Shown here one piece after another: positions 46,436-56,127 of a stretch of DNA of 64,000 nucleotides (positions are counted from its first letter, which is position 1; each line of letters starts with the position of its first letter). Source of the DNA: an uncultured Candidatus Saccharibacteria bacterium (lineage in GTDB: Bacteria > Patescibacteriota > Saccharimonadia > Saccharimonadales > Saccharimonadaceae); assembly GCA_937974295.1 (NCBI GenBank), contig CALBWN010000060.1:6728-70727 (forward strand), written 5' to 3'. A model generated the notes under the pieces. That model did no database searches. It worked only from the letters and a program-made list of their open reading frames with translations, and was not told the origin of the DNA. The translations under genes and the position numbers were made by a program.

Positions 46436-49400
46436 ATGAGAGAAACTGATTTTTCCATCAAGCAATTGGTGGCATATTGCCTTGATTATGCAAATTTAAC
46501 AGCATCACCAACGTTGATGCGGCCAATCAGCACACATCTGATCCCAAGGGAGCTAATCGATCTTGATCGTATTATTTTTAGCAATACAGACGGATACTCT
46601 TTTGATTTGCGTACGGCAATTAGTCAGAAGGAACAAAGCAGCCTAGAAGAAGCAGAGATTGAAGCGCTTCGACAGGTCATTGCACGAGATGCACCGGTTG
46701 CTGAGGCAATTGCTAAGATTGATAGAAAATTTCGTGTCAATGGTTATACAAAGCAGGTTGTGCTCGAAACTAGCTTTGTTGATTTTCGAGCTAAGAAGAT
46801 CAAGCGAGCATTTTTTGCAAATAATACAGAGGAGGAAGAAGGGGGCGAGCTTGAAAAGTTCTCTCGTGCACTGATACGAATTCCTATTCAGCTCTCAGTA
46901 AAGCCTGATCAATACAGCACTCGAGTCAATATTACGCTATTGGATGAAAGTGTTTCTATTCTTGTTAACCAATTTCGAGATTGCATTCCGCAGGAAGACT
47001 TCGATGAGCTATTCTCATACATTGCTGAGCTGGAGGCAGAGGAAAGGCATTATTTACCACTAAAAAAGCAGTTTATCGAACAAGTCTGGAGTAGATTTTT
47101 TGCCGTTCTTCACAGGATTGGCGCAGAAGCGCTGACTGAGATGCCAAACTATACAGAATGTCGTATTATGCTGGTGAGCAAAGCAAACTACTTTTTGTCA
47201 GAGGACCTTGATGTAATGACGAAGCTGGACGAACAATCCCTTATAGATACAGCAATAAGTAGCTTCATATCTAGTGACCAGATGGATATCGAAGAAACAG
47301 TTGATGATAAAGGTGAAACGGAGATATTCTTTCCATTTTCGTATGATAAGTGGCAGTTACGGACACTTGGTATTATTAAGAATAAAGCAGTTATTGTTGA
47401 AGGTCCTCCTGGTACTGGTAAGTCGCAAACAATTGCAAACTTGCTTGTGCATCTAGCAGCAACTGGCAATAAAGTCCTCTTCGCTAGCCAAAAAGACCAA
47501 GCAGTTCGTGGTGTAAAAGACAAGCTCAAGGAGCTCGCAATACCGTTTTTGTTTGGCTATATTCCAGACAGAGAATCGCGCCTTCATTCAGAAGATGACG
47601 AGAAGGATAGCGCAGCAAACACACTGGTATCGCTCGATAGAGAGTTTGAAAAGAGAGCGCTATTGCCCGACCAAAAACTTCCACTAACCTTGATTAGTGA
47701 TTTTAAAGAAAAGTTTAATGACCACGCTGCAATAGAACGCAAAATATTTGCTATTACAAATGAAATGAACACTTTGGCAAAATATAAGGATTTTGCTGAC
47801 TGCTTAATAACAGAAAAACAATACGACGAGCAGGTAGATTACATCAAAAAACTGATTACTGTCACACAACAAACTAACCAGTTCGAGCAAGACCACCAGA
47901 CATATGTTGATCAGAAGGATAGAGCATATCAAGACCTAGAAGTCACACTAGATGCTGAAATTGAGATAATAGCAACTATTATCAAAAAGTGTGAAGAGAT
48001 TCTACCAGAGCGATCAGGTTTTATTAATAAAACAATCATTAATATTAAGCTCGCAGCAATACTCAAGACTACTGCCAAGGATCTTGCGCAGGAGATATAT
48101 CGAGATATTGAAGCAGTTCTGTTTGACGATAATCTGACAAAAACACAAAAACTAAAACAGCTGCGCCTTCTGAGGGACTATTTTGTATATAGTAACCTTG
48201 CTGCACAAAAAGACGATCTCATGACGATGGGTAAAGACAGTTTCTTGAAGAATCGAGGCATTCTTGCTGCACTTAACAAACTTATCAAGGCGGAGGGTAA
48301 AGAGCAGGTATTTGATCATATTGCAGCCTATCGCCAGCTGCAGCAAGAACTTGATGGTTTGCGGCGCTCGATTGACTCTAGTACACAGCATGGGTATGGG
48401 ACAGTCAATGATATACGCAAAGCGATCTGTGACTTACAAAAGTTTTATCGAGAAGACACGATTGGTTTTGTGCGCAATAGGGTGCTTGCTAATCTAGATG
48501 AGCTGAAGCAATCAAAAGAAACTCGGTCTAAACTAAAGCAAATAGCGCGTTCTTTGACAAAAAGCAAAAAAGCATATCGGACATTCGACAAACTCAAGCA
48601 CGATCAACACAACTTTGATGTGATGTCGGATGTATTACCAATTTGGATGATGTCACTTGACGATGTGAGCCGGATTATTCCTCTGCAGGCTGGAGCTTTT
48701 GATTATGTTGTTATCGATGAAGCCTCGCAGTGTAATCTCGCATACGCACTCCCAGCAATGTTCCGTGCGAAGCATGTTATATTCTTTGGCGACAGCCTCC
48801 AAATGCGCGATACAAATACGCTCTTTAAGTCGAACGAACAACTCACCGCAATTGCCAAGAAGCATGCGGTACCTGAGCAATTTCAGATAAAAGCAGAAGA
48901 AGATACAATCAAGTCGATTATGGATATTGCAGGGCTCGCAGGGTTTAAGACGGCAGTACTGAAGAACCACTATCGATCACCCAAAGAGCTTATTGGGTTT
49001 TCGAATCAGAATTTTTATGAAAAAGTTGGTCGCGCATTGGATGTCGTTAATGATAACATTTTGACCTACCAAGATACAAACCGTGTCTTGCTTAATCATG
49101 TGATAGATGTTGATCCACGGCTGGAGGATTCGGCAAAGACAAACCACTCAGAGGCAAACTATATTCGTCGGCTTATCCAAGATATCCGCAAGGATAAGCG
49201 ATTAAAAAACAAATCGATAGCGGTTCTCACTTTTTTTAATGAACAGGCAGAGCTACTAGCTCGAGAGATTGATGATGATTCGATAAAGATATCAACGATT
49301 GAAGGCATCCAAGGAGATGAGCGAGATATCATTATTTATTCGCTTGTTATTACCGATCCAACCAGTGGCAAGAGGCGCTACCAAGCGCTCACTGGCGAAG

Positions 49401-50341
49401 GTGGTGAAATCAAGAAAAGTGCAAACGAAGGACGAGTAAATGTGGCGTTTAGCCGTGCACGACAACAGGTCCACTGCGTGACATGTATACCACCAATAAG
49501 CTGGCCGGATGGTGTATGGATCAAGAAGTATCTTGTATATGTAGATGCGCATGGTTTTGTAAGACGCCACGAAAAGAGCGAGCTACAATTTGATTCAAAG
49601 TTTGAAGAAGATGTGTACGACTATCTTATGAATAAGTTATCGCCAGAAGACTACCTTATCCAAACACAAGTCAAAAGCTGCGGGTTTAAAATTGATCAAG
49701 TAATTACCAATACAAAAAGTGGTAAGAAGCTTGCTATTGAGTGCGATGGACCAACCCATTTCGAGCACGGAGATGGTCAAGTATACGTCCAGAGTGACTG
49801 GGAGAGGCAAAGTGTACTTGGGACGGCTGGTTGGAGTTTTTATAGGATATCATTTTTTGATTGGTATAACATGAGAGATAATGCACGTCAAGATCTTGTA
49901 CAATATATCGCTGACTACTTTGTAGGTGATATTGATCGCCAAGATATGCCAATCATTCATGATCTACAACAAAAATGCACCCTCCCAGCAGATAAAAGAC
50001 AAGATGTCTACAAAACACGCATAAAACAATCGCATCAATACACTAACGCGGAAGAGGTGCAACAAGAAACAGTTAGCTCTAATACACCTGATGCACGTAA
50101 CAAGCACACCTTCACTGTTGGAGACAGGGAAGTAGACCAAAATCAATTCGATTGGTATCTATCTTCTCGTATTGGGCAGACGATCAAGATTCGATACCAG
50201 TCAACACGCTCGGGGAGTGCCCGCTCATTTCGAGAGCTAAGGCTATATAAATACGATGCGACATATCTATATGCTGCAAAGCAAGGGGTAGATCGCCCAT
50301 ATCGATACCGTCGAGATAGGGTTGTTGAGTTTCAAGAGTAA
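46436..50341 (+). CDS. Upf1/DNA2-like SF1 helicase + Vsr/DUF559-like endonuclease + C-terminal WYL-like domain (defence candidate)
   Basis: EGPPGTGKSQT, IDEASQ, GDSLQ, HYRS, IQGDERD, NVAFSRAR; FDSKFE..KIDQV..AIECDG..DWERQ..GWSFYRI; C-terminal IRY..R....YLYA..YRRDRV. Confidence 0.88.
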   Translation: MRETDFSIKQLVAYCLDYANLTASPTLMRPISTHLIPRELIDLDRIIFSNTDGYSFDLRTAISQKEQSSLEEAEIEALRQVIARDAPVAEAIAKIDRKFRVNGYTKQVVLETSFVDFRAKKIKRAFFANNTEEEEGGELEKFSRALIRIPIQLSVKPDQYSTRVNITLLDESVSILVNQFRDCIPQEDFDELFSYIAELEAEERHYLPLKKQFIEQVWSRFFAVLHRIGAEALTEMPNYTECRIMLVSKANYFLSEDLDVMTKLDEQSLIDTAISSFISSDQMDIEETVDDKGETEIFFPFSYDKWQLRTLGIIKNKAVIVEGPPGTGKSQTIANLLVHLAATGNKVLFASQKDQAVRGVKDKLKELAIPFLFGYIPDRESRLHSEDDEKDSAANTLVSLDREFEKRALLPDQKLPLTLISDFKEKFNDHAAIERKIFAITNEMNTLAKYKDFADCLITEKQYDEQVDYIKKLITVTQQTNQFEQDHQTYVDQKDRAYQDLEVTLDAEIEIIATIIKKCEEILPERSGFINKTIINIKLAAILKTTAKDLAQEIYRDIEAVLFDDNLTKTQKLKQLRLLRDYFVYSNLAAQKDDLMTMGKDSFLKNRGILAALNKLIKAEGKEQVFDHIAAYRQLQQELDGLRRSIDSSTQHGYGTVNDIRKAICDLQKFYREDTIGFVRNRVLANLDELKQSKETRSKLKQIARSLTKSKKAYRTFDKLKHDQHNFDVMSDVLPIWMMSLDDVSRIIPLQAGAFDYVVIDEASQCNLAYALPAMFRAKHVIFFGDSLQMRDTNTLFKSNEQLTAIAKKHAVPEQFQIKAEEDTIKSIMDIAGLAGFKTAVLKNHYRSPKELIGFSNQNFYEKVGRALDVVNDNILTYQDTNRVLLNHVIDVDPRLEDSAKTNHSEANYIRRLIQDIRKDKRLKNKSIAVLTFFNEQAELLAREIDDDSIKISTIEGIQGDERDIIIYSLVITDPTSGKRRYQALTGEGGEIKKSANEGRVNVAFSRARQQVHCVTCIPPISWPDGVWIKKYLVYVDAHGFVRRHEKSELQFDSKFEEDVYDYLMNKLSPEDYLIQTQVKSCGFKIDQVITNTKSGKKLAIECDGPTHFEHGDGQVYVQSDWERQSVLGTAGWSFYRISFFDWYNMRDNARQDLVQYIADYFVGDIDRQDMPIIHDLQQKCTLPADKRQDVYKTRIKQSHQYTNAEEVQQETVSSNTPDARNKHTFTVGDREVDQNQFDWYLSSRIGQTIKIRYQSTRSGSARSFRELRLYKYDATYLYAAKQGVDRPYRYRRDRVVEFQE

Positions 50342-50426
50342 GATAAGGGATGGTGCTTGGCTATATTTTGTTTGATCAACCACTCCTTTCTCGCTCCATC
50401 CCTCAGCCATATGCTATACTGGTATA

Positions 50427-51110
50427 GTGATATTGTTAGACAGAGTAACCAAACGGTATGATAAGGACGCCAAGCCGGCGCTCGATCGGGTGAGCTTGCA
50501 CGTTGAGCCCAATGAGTTTGTTGTTATTATTGGCACGAGCGGGGCGGGCAAGAGTACGCTGCTCAAGCTCCTCACCCGCGAAGAGAAGCCCACAACAGGT
50601 AAGATTGTGGTCGGTGGTATCGACTACGACACCCTCAAGGACAAGCATATTCCACTGCTGCGCCGCAAGATTGGCGTGGTGTTCCAGGATTTTAAGCTGT
50701 TGCCGCAGCGCACCGTGTTTGAGAACGTCGCCTTTGCGCTGGAGATTGCAGGCATGAGCAACCGCGAGATCAAGAACACAGTGCCTAAGGTGATCGACCT
50801 CGTTGGCCTCCGAGGCAAAGAGAAGCAATTTCCACACCAGCTCAGTGGTGGTGAGCGCCAGCGGGTGGCAATTGCCCGTGCCGTTGTGCGCCAGCCCAAG
50901 ATTCTTATCGCCGATGAGCCCACTGGCAACCTTGACCCTAAGCACAGCTGGGATATCGTCCGTTTGCTTGAGAAGATTAATAAATATGGTACCACCGTGC
51001 TCCTGACCACCCATAATGTCGAGATCGTTAACCGGCTCAAGCGCCGCGTCATTACCATCGAGCATGGCAAGATCACGCACGACCAAGCCAGAGGGAGTTA
51101 CCGTCAATGA
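50427..51110 (+). CDS. ftsE: Cell division ATP-binding protein FtsE
   Basis: GTSGAGKST, LRRKIGVVFQDFKLL, LSGGERQR. Followed by ftsX. Confidence 0.95.
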   Translation: MILLDRVTKRYDKDAKPALDRVSLHVEPNEFVVIIGTSGAGKSTLLKLLTREEKPTTGKIVVGGIDYDTLKDKHIPLLRRKIGVVFQDFKLLPQRTVFENVAFALEIAGMSNREIKNTVPKVIDLVGLRGKEKQFPHQLSGGERQRVAIARAVVRQPKILIADEPTGNLDPKHSWDIVRLLEKINKYGTTVLLTTHNVEIVNRLKRRVITIEHGKITHDQARGSYRQ

Positions 51111-52087
51111 GCCGCCGCAAAGATACCGCCCGTGCCCTGATGCAGCAAAAGCGCCGCCGTCGCCAGTGGCTGACGTTTGTCCGGATGTGCCACTATGGCG
51201 TTAATAACTTTAGCCGCAACGCGTGGCTGACCGTTGCTGCGACGCTGGTGATGACGATTACGCTCTTGATTGTCTTTACGACCTTTGTTGCGCAGCGTTC
51301 ACTTGCTGATACCGCTCAGGCGATCAACAAGGATATCGATCGCTCGATCTACCTCCGCCCTGATGTCTCGGAGGAGCGCGCTCAGCCAGTGCTGGTGAGT
51401 TTGCGCCGCCTCAGCAATGTCGAGTCAGTCCGCTTCATTAGCACCGAGGAAGCCAAGGAGCAATTTGCCAAGGCCAATAAGGACGATGAGGCTAAACTGA
51501 ACGCCCTTAAGGAGGCGACGAATTCACTGCCCGCGACGATTCGCATCACGCTGCATGACAATAACGATACATCGCAGCTGATAGACTTCGTCAATACCAA
51601 TTCTGCGCTCAAACCACTGATTAGCGCCACCCAAACGCCGACCTTTATGAGCCAGCGGCGCAACGGTACGACGCGCATCGCAGAGTGGACGCAGATGTCG
51701 CAAAAGGCTGGAGTAGCGGCTAGTGTGCTCTTTATTGCCATCTCGTTCTTGATTATCTTCAATACCATCCGTATGGCAATCTTCAACCGGCGCGATGAAA
51801 TCGAGATGATGAAGCTGATTGGTGCCGACCGGGGCTTTATTCGAGGGCCATTCCTCGTGGAGGCAGTGGTGTATGGGGTGATCGCCGCGGTGATTGCGAC
51901 CACGCTTGGTATCATTACGCTCTTCCTCTCGGGCAATTCGCTCAAGAAGTGGGGCGTGGCTCTCCAGCCCACGATTGATATGGCAACATCCTACTGGTGG
52001 CTTATCGCCCTGGTGATGATGGCACTGGGCGCATGCATTGGCGTCATCTCATCGCTAGTAGCCACTCGCCGTTACCTAAAGATTTAG
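51107..52087 (+). CDS. ftsX: Cell division permease FtsX
   Basis: NFSRNAWL..FNTIRMAIFNRRDEIEMMKLIGA..FIRGPF. Confidence 0.95.
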   Translation: MSRRKDTARALMQQKRRRRQWLTFVRMCHYGVNNFSRNAWLTVAATLVMTITLLIVFTTFVAQRSLADTAQAINKDIDRSIYLRPDVSEERAQPVLVSLRRLSNVESVRFISTEEAKEQFAKANKDDEAKLNALKEATNSLPATIRITLHDNNDTSQLIDFVNTNSALKPLISATQTPTFMSQRRNGTTRIAEWTQMSQKAGVAASVLFIAISFLIIFNTIRMAIFNRRDEIEMMKLIGADRGFIRGPFLVEAVVYGVIAAVIATTLGIITLFLSGNSLKKWGVALQPTIDMATSYWWLIALVMMALGACIGVISSLVATRRYLKI

Positions 52088-52146
52088 CATTGATACAAAG
52101 GAGGCCCGTGTTGACAAAGCACACACCGCTTGTTACCATAAGAAAT

Positions 52147-53400
52147 ATGAAACAATCCACCACATCTGTTTCGCGTGCCCACACTGCTGTGGCCGCACCC
52201 AAAAAAACCAAGGGGCTTGCCACCAAGTCGGTCATTGTGGCGGCTGCCGTAATTATGGCGCTCAGTACGCCAGTCAGCACCTACCTCGGGGTGACCACCG
52301 GGACTGCCTCGGCCGTGTCGCAGGAAGAGTACCAAAAGCAGATTGATGCGCTTAATAAGGAGATTGGGCAGTATCAGTCGCAGGCCAAGGAGCTGAACGA
52401 GAAGGCGAAGAGCTTGCAAAATGAGCTCGAAGTCTTGTCTAAGCAGAAGGCAATGATCCAAGCGCAGATCGACATTAGCCAGAAGAAGCACGACCAACTG
52501 CAAGAGAAAATCGCCCAGACCAAGCGCGACATCAAGGCCAACCAAGATGCCTTGGGCGATACGCTGGCTGATATGTACGTCGACCGCACCATTAGCCCGC
52601 TGGAGATGCTGGCGAGTAGCCGGAGCCTTGGCGACTATGTGGTGGAGCAAGATCGCCGCGATAGCATCCAGACTACGCTGAGCGAGACGATTACGCGGGT
52701 CAATAAGCTCAAGAAGCAGCTAGAAGAGCAAAAGAAGGAAGTCGAGCGTGTCTTGGCAGACCAAAAAAACGCCCGCGAAGCCCTCGCTGCCAAAGAGCGT
52801 GAGCAAGCAGACCTCCTTGCCCGCACCCAAAACGAAGAAGCAAACTACCAAAAGCTCACCGCCGACCGTGAGAGTGAGAAAGCCCGCGTTCAAAAGGCGC
52901 AGCAGGATGCCATCCAAGCGGCCATCCGCAACGCTGGTGGCGGTGGCTCGCTTGGTATTACCTCTGGTGATGGCTCGATGGGTGGCTACCCATGGGCCGG
53001 TGGCTGTACCGTTGATGCCAATGCGTTGTCGCACGGTGGCGCATCCGGTGGTGGCGAAGATCCACTGGGCTATGGCTGCCGCCAGTGTGTAAGCTACACT
53101 GCCTGGAAGACGTACCAAAAGACTGGCTACGCACCACGCTACTGGGGCAATGCCAATATGTGGCCGGCTGCCGCGCGCAATGCTGGCTTCTCGACTGGCC
53201 GTACTCCACGAGCTAACGCCCTTGGCGTCATCTCGGCAGGGCAGTATGGGCACATCGTCTACATCGAAGGCTACGATGCCGGTAGCAACACTGTCCGCAT
53301 TAGCCAGTTCAATTACTTCAACGCCGGCGGCCCTGGCTGGGGTCATTATAGCGAAATGACGGTGCCTGCCAGTACGTACGATACGTATATCTATCTGTAG
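52147..53400 (+). CDS. Coiled-coil CHAP-domain peptidoglycan hydrolase (PcsB/CwlO-like)
   Basis: Signal peptide, long coiled coil, QCVSY..WGNANMW..YGHIVYIE..ISQFN. TTGACA-17-TACCAT 7 nt before ATG 52147. Confidence 0.92.
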   Translation: MKQSTTSVSRAHTAVAAPKKTKGLATKSVIVAAAVIMALSTPVSTYLGVTTGTASAVSQEEYQKQIDALNKEIGQYQSQAKELNEKAKSLQNELEVLSKQKAMIQAQIDISQKKHDQLQEKIAQTKRDIKANQDALGDTLADMYVDRTISPLEMLASSRSLGDYVVEQDRRDSIQTTLSETITRVNKLKKQLEEQKKEVERVLADQKNAREALAAKEREQADLLARTQNEEANYQKLTADRESEKARVQKAQQDAIQAAIRNAGGGGSLGITSGDGSMGGYPWAGGCTVDANALSHGGASGGGEDPLGYGCRQCVSYTAWKTYQKTGYAPRYWGNANMWPAAARNAGFSTGRTPRANALGVISAGQYGHIVYIEGYDAGSNTVRISQFNYFNAGGPGWGHYSEMTVPASTYDTYIYL

Positions 53401-53417
53401 GAGAGAATACATAGCGC

Positions 53418-53448
53418 AAACGACCACCTAAGTAACGGTGGTCGTTTT
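53418..53448. terminator. Bidirectional intrinsic terminator
   Basis: AAACGACCACC/GGTGGTCGTTT. Confidence 0.75.
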
Positions 53449-53479
53449 AGTCGTTTGTGGTAGGCGAGAGCTTATAGGT

Positions 53480-54196
53480 TTACGCTGCAGATAGGGTGGG
53501 CTGGTGCGGGGCTTCGGTTTGGGCGATGGTTATATCAGGGGTAGTGCTCGTCTCGGGCGGGCCAACCCGGTACCCATACTGGTTATACTCTGTGCCAATT
53601 GGATCATCGCTCTCGCAGCGCCGGAGGGGTTCAATATCAGTGGGCAGCTGGGCAATGTAGCTGTTGCTAAAGGCGGTGCGTGTATCGGCCTGAGCCATCT
53701 GAGCCAGCAGGGCAAAGAGCTCTTTGACGTTGCTAACCGCCTCGCTCGTGCTGGGTGGCTTCTCGCCACCATAGATAAAGCCGTGCTGCTCCTGTGCTAA
53801 GAGATCTTGATCAAAACCGTAGCTGCAATCGCGGCAGTCAAGGCAGCGCTCGTAGAAGTAGTGCACCGCGTAGGTAATCTCGCTATGTGTGATGGTGATG
53901 GGCGGCTGGTCACCACGGGCACTATTTCTCATCCCGGCAATAATGCGTGTGAGGCTGTCGATGATACCGTGGAGGATTTGCTCGCGCTGGTGGCGTTCGC
54001 GGTCGATGATACACATCACATCGAGCTCCTCATTGCTACGGCATGGAGCAGTCGGCAATTCGGCAACAAGCGCAAGATAACCAACCTGACTAGCCCGAGA
54101 AGAAGTGCGCTCAGCAAGCAGTTGTAAGTCGCTCTCAACAGTGGATGGTAATGGGCAAACAGGCGCTGCTTCTGAGCTGACAACGGCAAGAGACAT
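53480..54196 (-). CDS. Orphan hypothetical protein (contains CxxCxxC)
   Basis: GAGG RBS, 238-aa ORF, RCLDCRDCSY. Confidence 0.65.
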   Translation of the reverse strand: MSLAVVSSEAAPVCPLPSTVESDLQLLAERTSSRASQVGYLALVAELPTAPCRSNEELDVMCIIDRERHQREQILHGIIDSLTRIIAGMRNSARGDQPPITITHSEITYAVHYFYERCLDCRDCSYGFDQDLLAQEQHGFIYGGEKPPSTSEAVSNVKELFALLAQMAQADTRTAFSNSYIAQLPTDIEPLRRCESDDPIGTEYNQYGYRVGPPETSTTPDITIAQTEAPHQPTLSAA

Positions 54197-54337
54197 TAGA
54201 TAACCTCACTCGTTTTGATTAAAGAATGGTAATTGTCTATTATACGAGGATGAGGCAAAAATGCAAGGGGGTTGGATCCTTGGTGTGCTATTCACATTCT
54301 TTTGCCACACCGCCCGAGCGTAGTATAATACCATAGT

Positions 54338-55570
54338 ATGGTACAGAGTGACACAACGAGCGCGAACCGCTCGAAATATGAGTATGATGAACCAAAAAAG
54401 CTGACCATCTCGCAGCTCACAGCCTTGCTGGTGGCGGTGCTGCTGCTGGGGGCTGGCTTTGTGGCAGGGATGTATGCCGACAAGCTCTATGCAGCGATTG
54501 CACCAGTCTTTGGCTTCAAAGTGTCAGCCGATAGCATCGACCTCAGCAGTGTGCAGCAGACCTATCGCAAACTCAAAGCAGAATATGATGGTAAACTGGA
54601 CGACACCAAGCTGATCGATGGCGCTAACCGTGGCCTAGCTGCAGCTACCGGCGACCCCTACACCACCTATATGGACAAGCAAGAGACCGAGCAGTTCGAC
54701 CGTAGCCTCAATGGCGAAGTGAGCGGCATTGGCGTGGAGATCGCATCGCGGGGTAACCACGCTACAGTAGTGCGCGTCGTCGATGACTCACCAGCGGCCA
54801 AAGCAGGCCTGCGGGCCGGCGATATCTTCCGCAGTATTAATGGCCAATCGGTGGTGGGGCAGAACTCTGAGGTAGTGGCAAGCAAGGTACGGGGCGAGGC
54901 TGGCACGACCGTCAAGCTCGTGATGCAGCGTGAGGAATCGACCGAGGAATATACCATCGTCCGGGCCAAGGTGAGCGACGCCAGTGTGCGTAGCCAGATT
55001 CGCGATGGCGTGGGTATCCTCACTATTACCCGGTTTGATGACCAAACTGGCCGACTTGCGCGTCAAGCGGCAGAGCAGTTCGTCCAGCAGGGGGTGCGGG
55101 CTGTGGTGCTCGACCTACGCGACAACGGTGGCGGCTATGTAACGGCTGCTCGCGAGGTCGCAAGCCTATGGCTTGAGAACAAAGTCGTGGTAGTGGAGAA
55201 GTCTGGCGACGTTGTGCGCGACACCGTGCACAGTAGTGGCCAGGCACTGCTCAAGGGAATGAAGACGACCGTCCTCGTCAACGGCAATAGCGCCAGTGCC
55301 AGTGAGATCGTAGCGGGGGCATTGCACGATCACAAAGCAGCGACATTGCTGGGCGAAAAGACCTTCGGCAAGGGCACCGTGCAGCAGTTGTTTGATCTGC
55401 CTGATGGCCGTAAACTCAAGATTACCGTGGCGCGTTGGTATACCCCAAATGGCCGCAATATCTCGCAGGGCGGCATTGCGCCAGATACTGAGGTCAAAAT
55501 GAGCACCGATGATCGTAACGCTGGCCGCGACCCACAGCTCGATAGCGCACTGCAAAAGTTTGCAGAATAG
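54338..55570 (+). CDS. S41 carboxy-terminal processing protease (CtpA-like)
   Basis: GDPYT, GIGVEI (PDZ), LDLRDNGGG, SASASEIVAGAL, GEKTFGKG. Confidence 0.95.
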   Translation: MVQSDTTSANRSKYEYDEPKKLTISQLTALLVAVLLLGAGFVAGMYADKLYAAIAPVFGFKVSADSIDLSSVQQTYRKLKAEYDGKLDDTKLIDGANRGLAAATGDPYTTYMDKQETEQFDRSLNGEVSGIGVEIASRGNHATVVRVVDDSPAAKAGLRAGDIFRSINGQSVVGQNSEVVASKVRGEAGTTVKLVMQREESTEEYTIVRAKVSDASVRSQIRDGVGILTITRFDDQTGRLARQAAEQFVQQGVRAVVLDLRDNGGGYVTAAREVASLWLENKVVVVEKSGDVVRDTVHSSGQALLKGMKTTVLVNGNSASASEIVAGALHDHKAATLLGEKTFGKGTVQQLFDLPDGRKLKITVARWYTPNGRNISQGGIAPDTEVKMSTDDRNAGRDPQLDSALQKFAE

Positions 55571-55649
55571 ACATGTATCCAACAAAATGCAAACGATTGT
55601 TCGCCAAAAGTATTGTATTTGTTCTAAATCTACGCTACCATAAAGGCAT

Positions 55650-56036
55650 ATGGACAGACGAAAGAAAATTCTCTTGGTAGAAGACGACACCGCACTGCTG
55701 GCAGTGTATCGCTCGCGGCTTGAGCTGGAGGGCTTTGCGGTGAGCGAAGTGCACAATGGCGAAGATGCACTCTCGGCGGTGGTCGATGTTCGGCCTGATT
55801 TGATCTTGCTTGATGTGATGATCCCTAAGATCAGCGGCTTCGATGTGCTCGATATCTTGCGTAACACCCCAGACACTACCAACGTCCGCGTTATCATGCT
55901 GACAGCACTGAGCCAGCCCAAGGACAAAGAGCGGGCCAAGCAGCTGGGAGTGGATGACTACCTCGTTAAGTCGCAAGTGATGATCGGTGACGTAGTGGCC
56001 CGCATTAAGTATCACCTGGGCATGAGCCAAGAATAA
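55650..56036 (+). CDS. Single-domain response regulator
   Basis: ILLVEDD..PDLILLDVMIP..MLTA..YLVK. Confidence 0.93.
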   Translation: MDRRKKILLVEDDTALLAVYRSRLELEGFAVSEVHNGEDALSAVVDVRPDLILLDVMIPKISGFDVLDILRNTPDTTNVRVIMLTALSQPKDKERAKQLGVDDYLVKSQVMIGDVVARIKYHLGMSQE

Positions 56037-56127
56037 CAGAGGCTAGAGGGCTGTCGAACAAAGCGTGCAGCGAGCCCTTGCTTCTGAGTGATTTTTCTTC
56101 AGCGTTGTTTCATGGTATTATAAAAAG

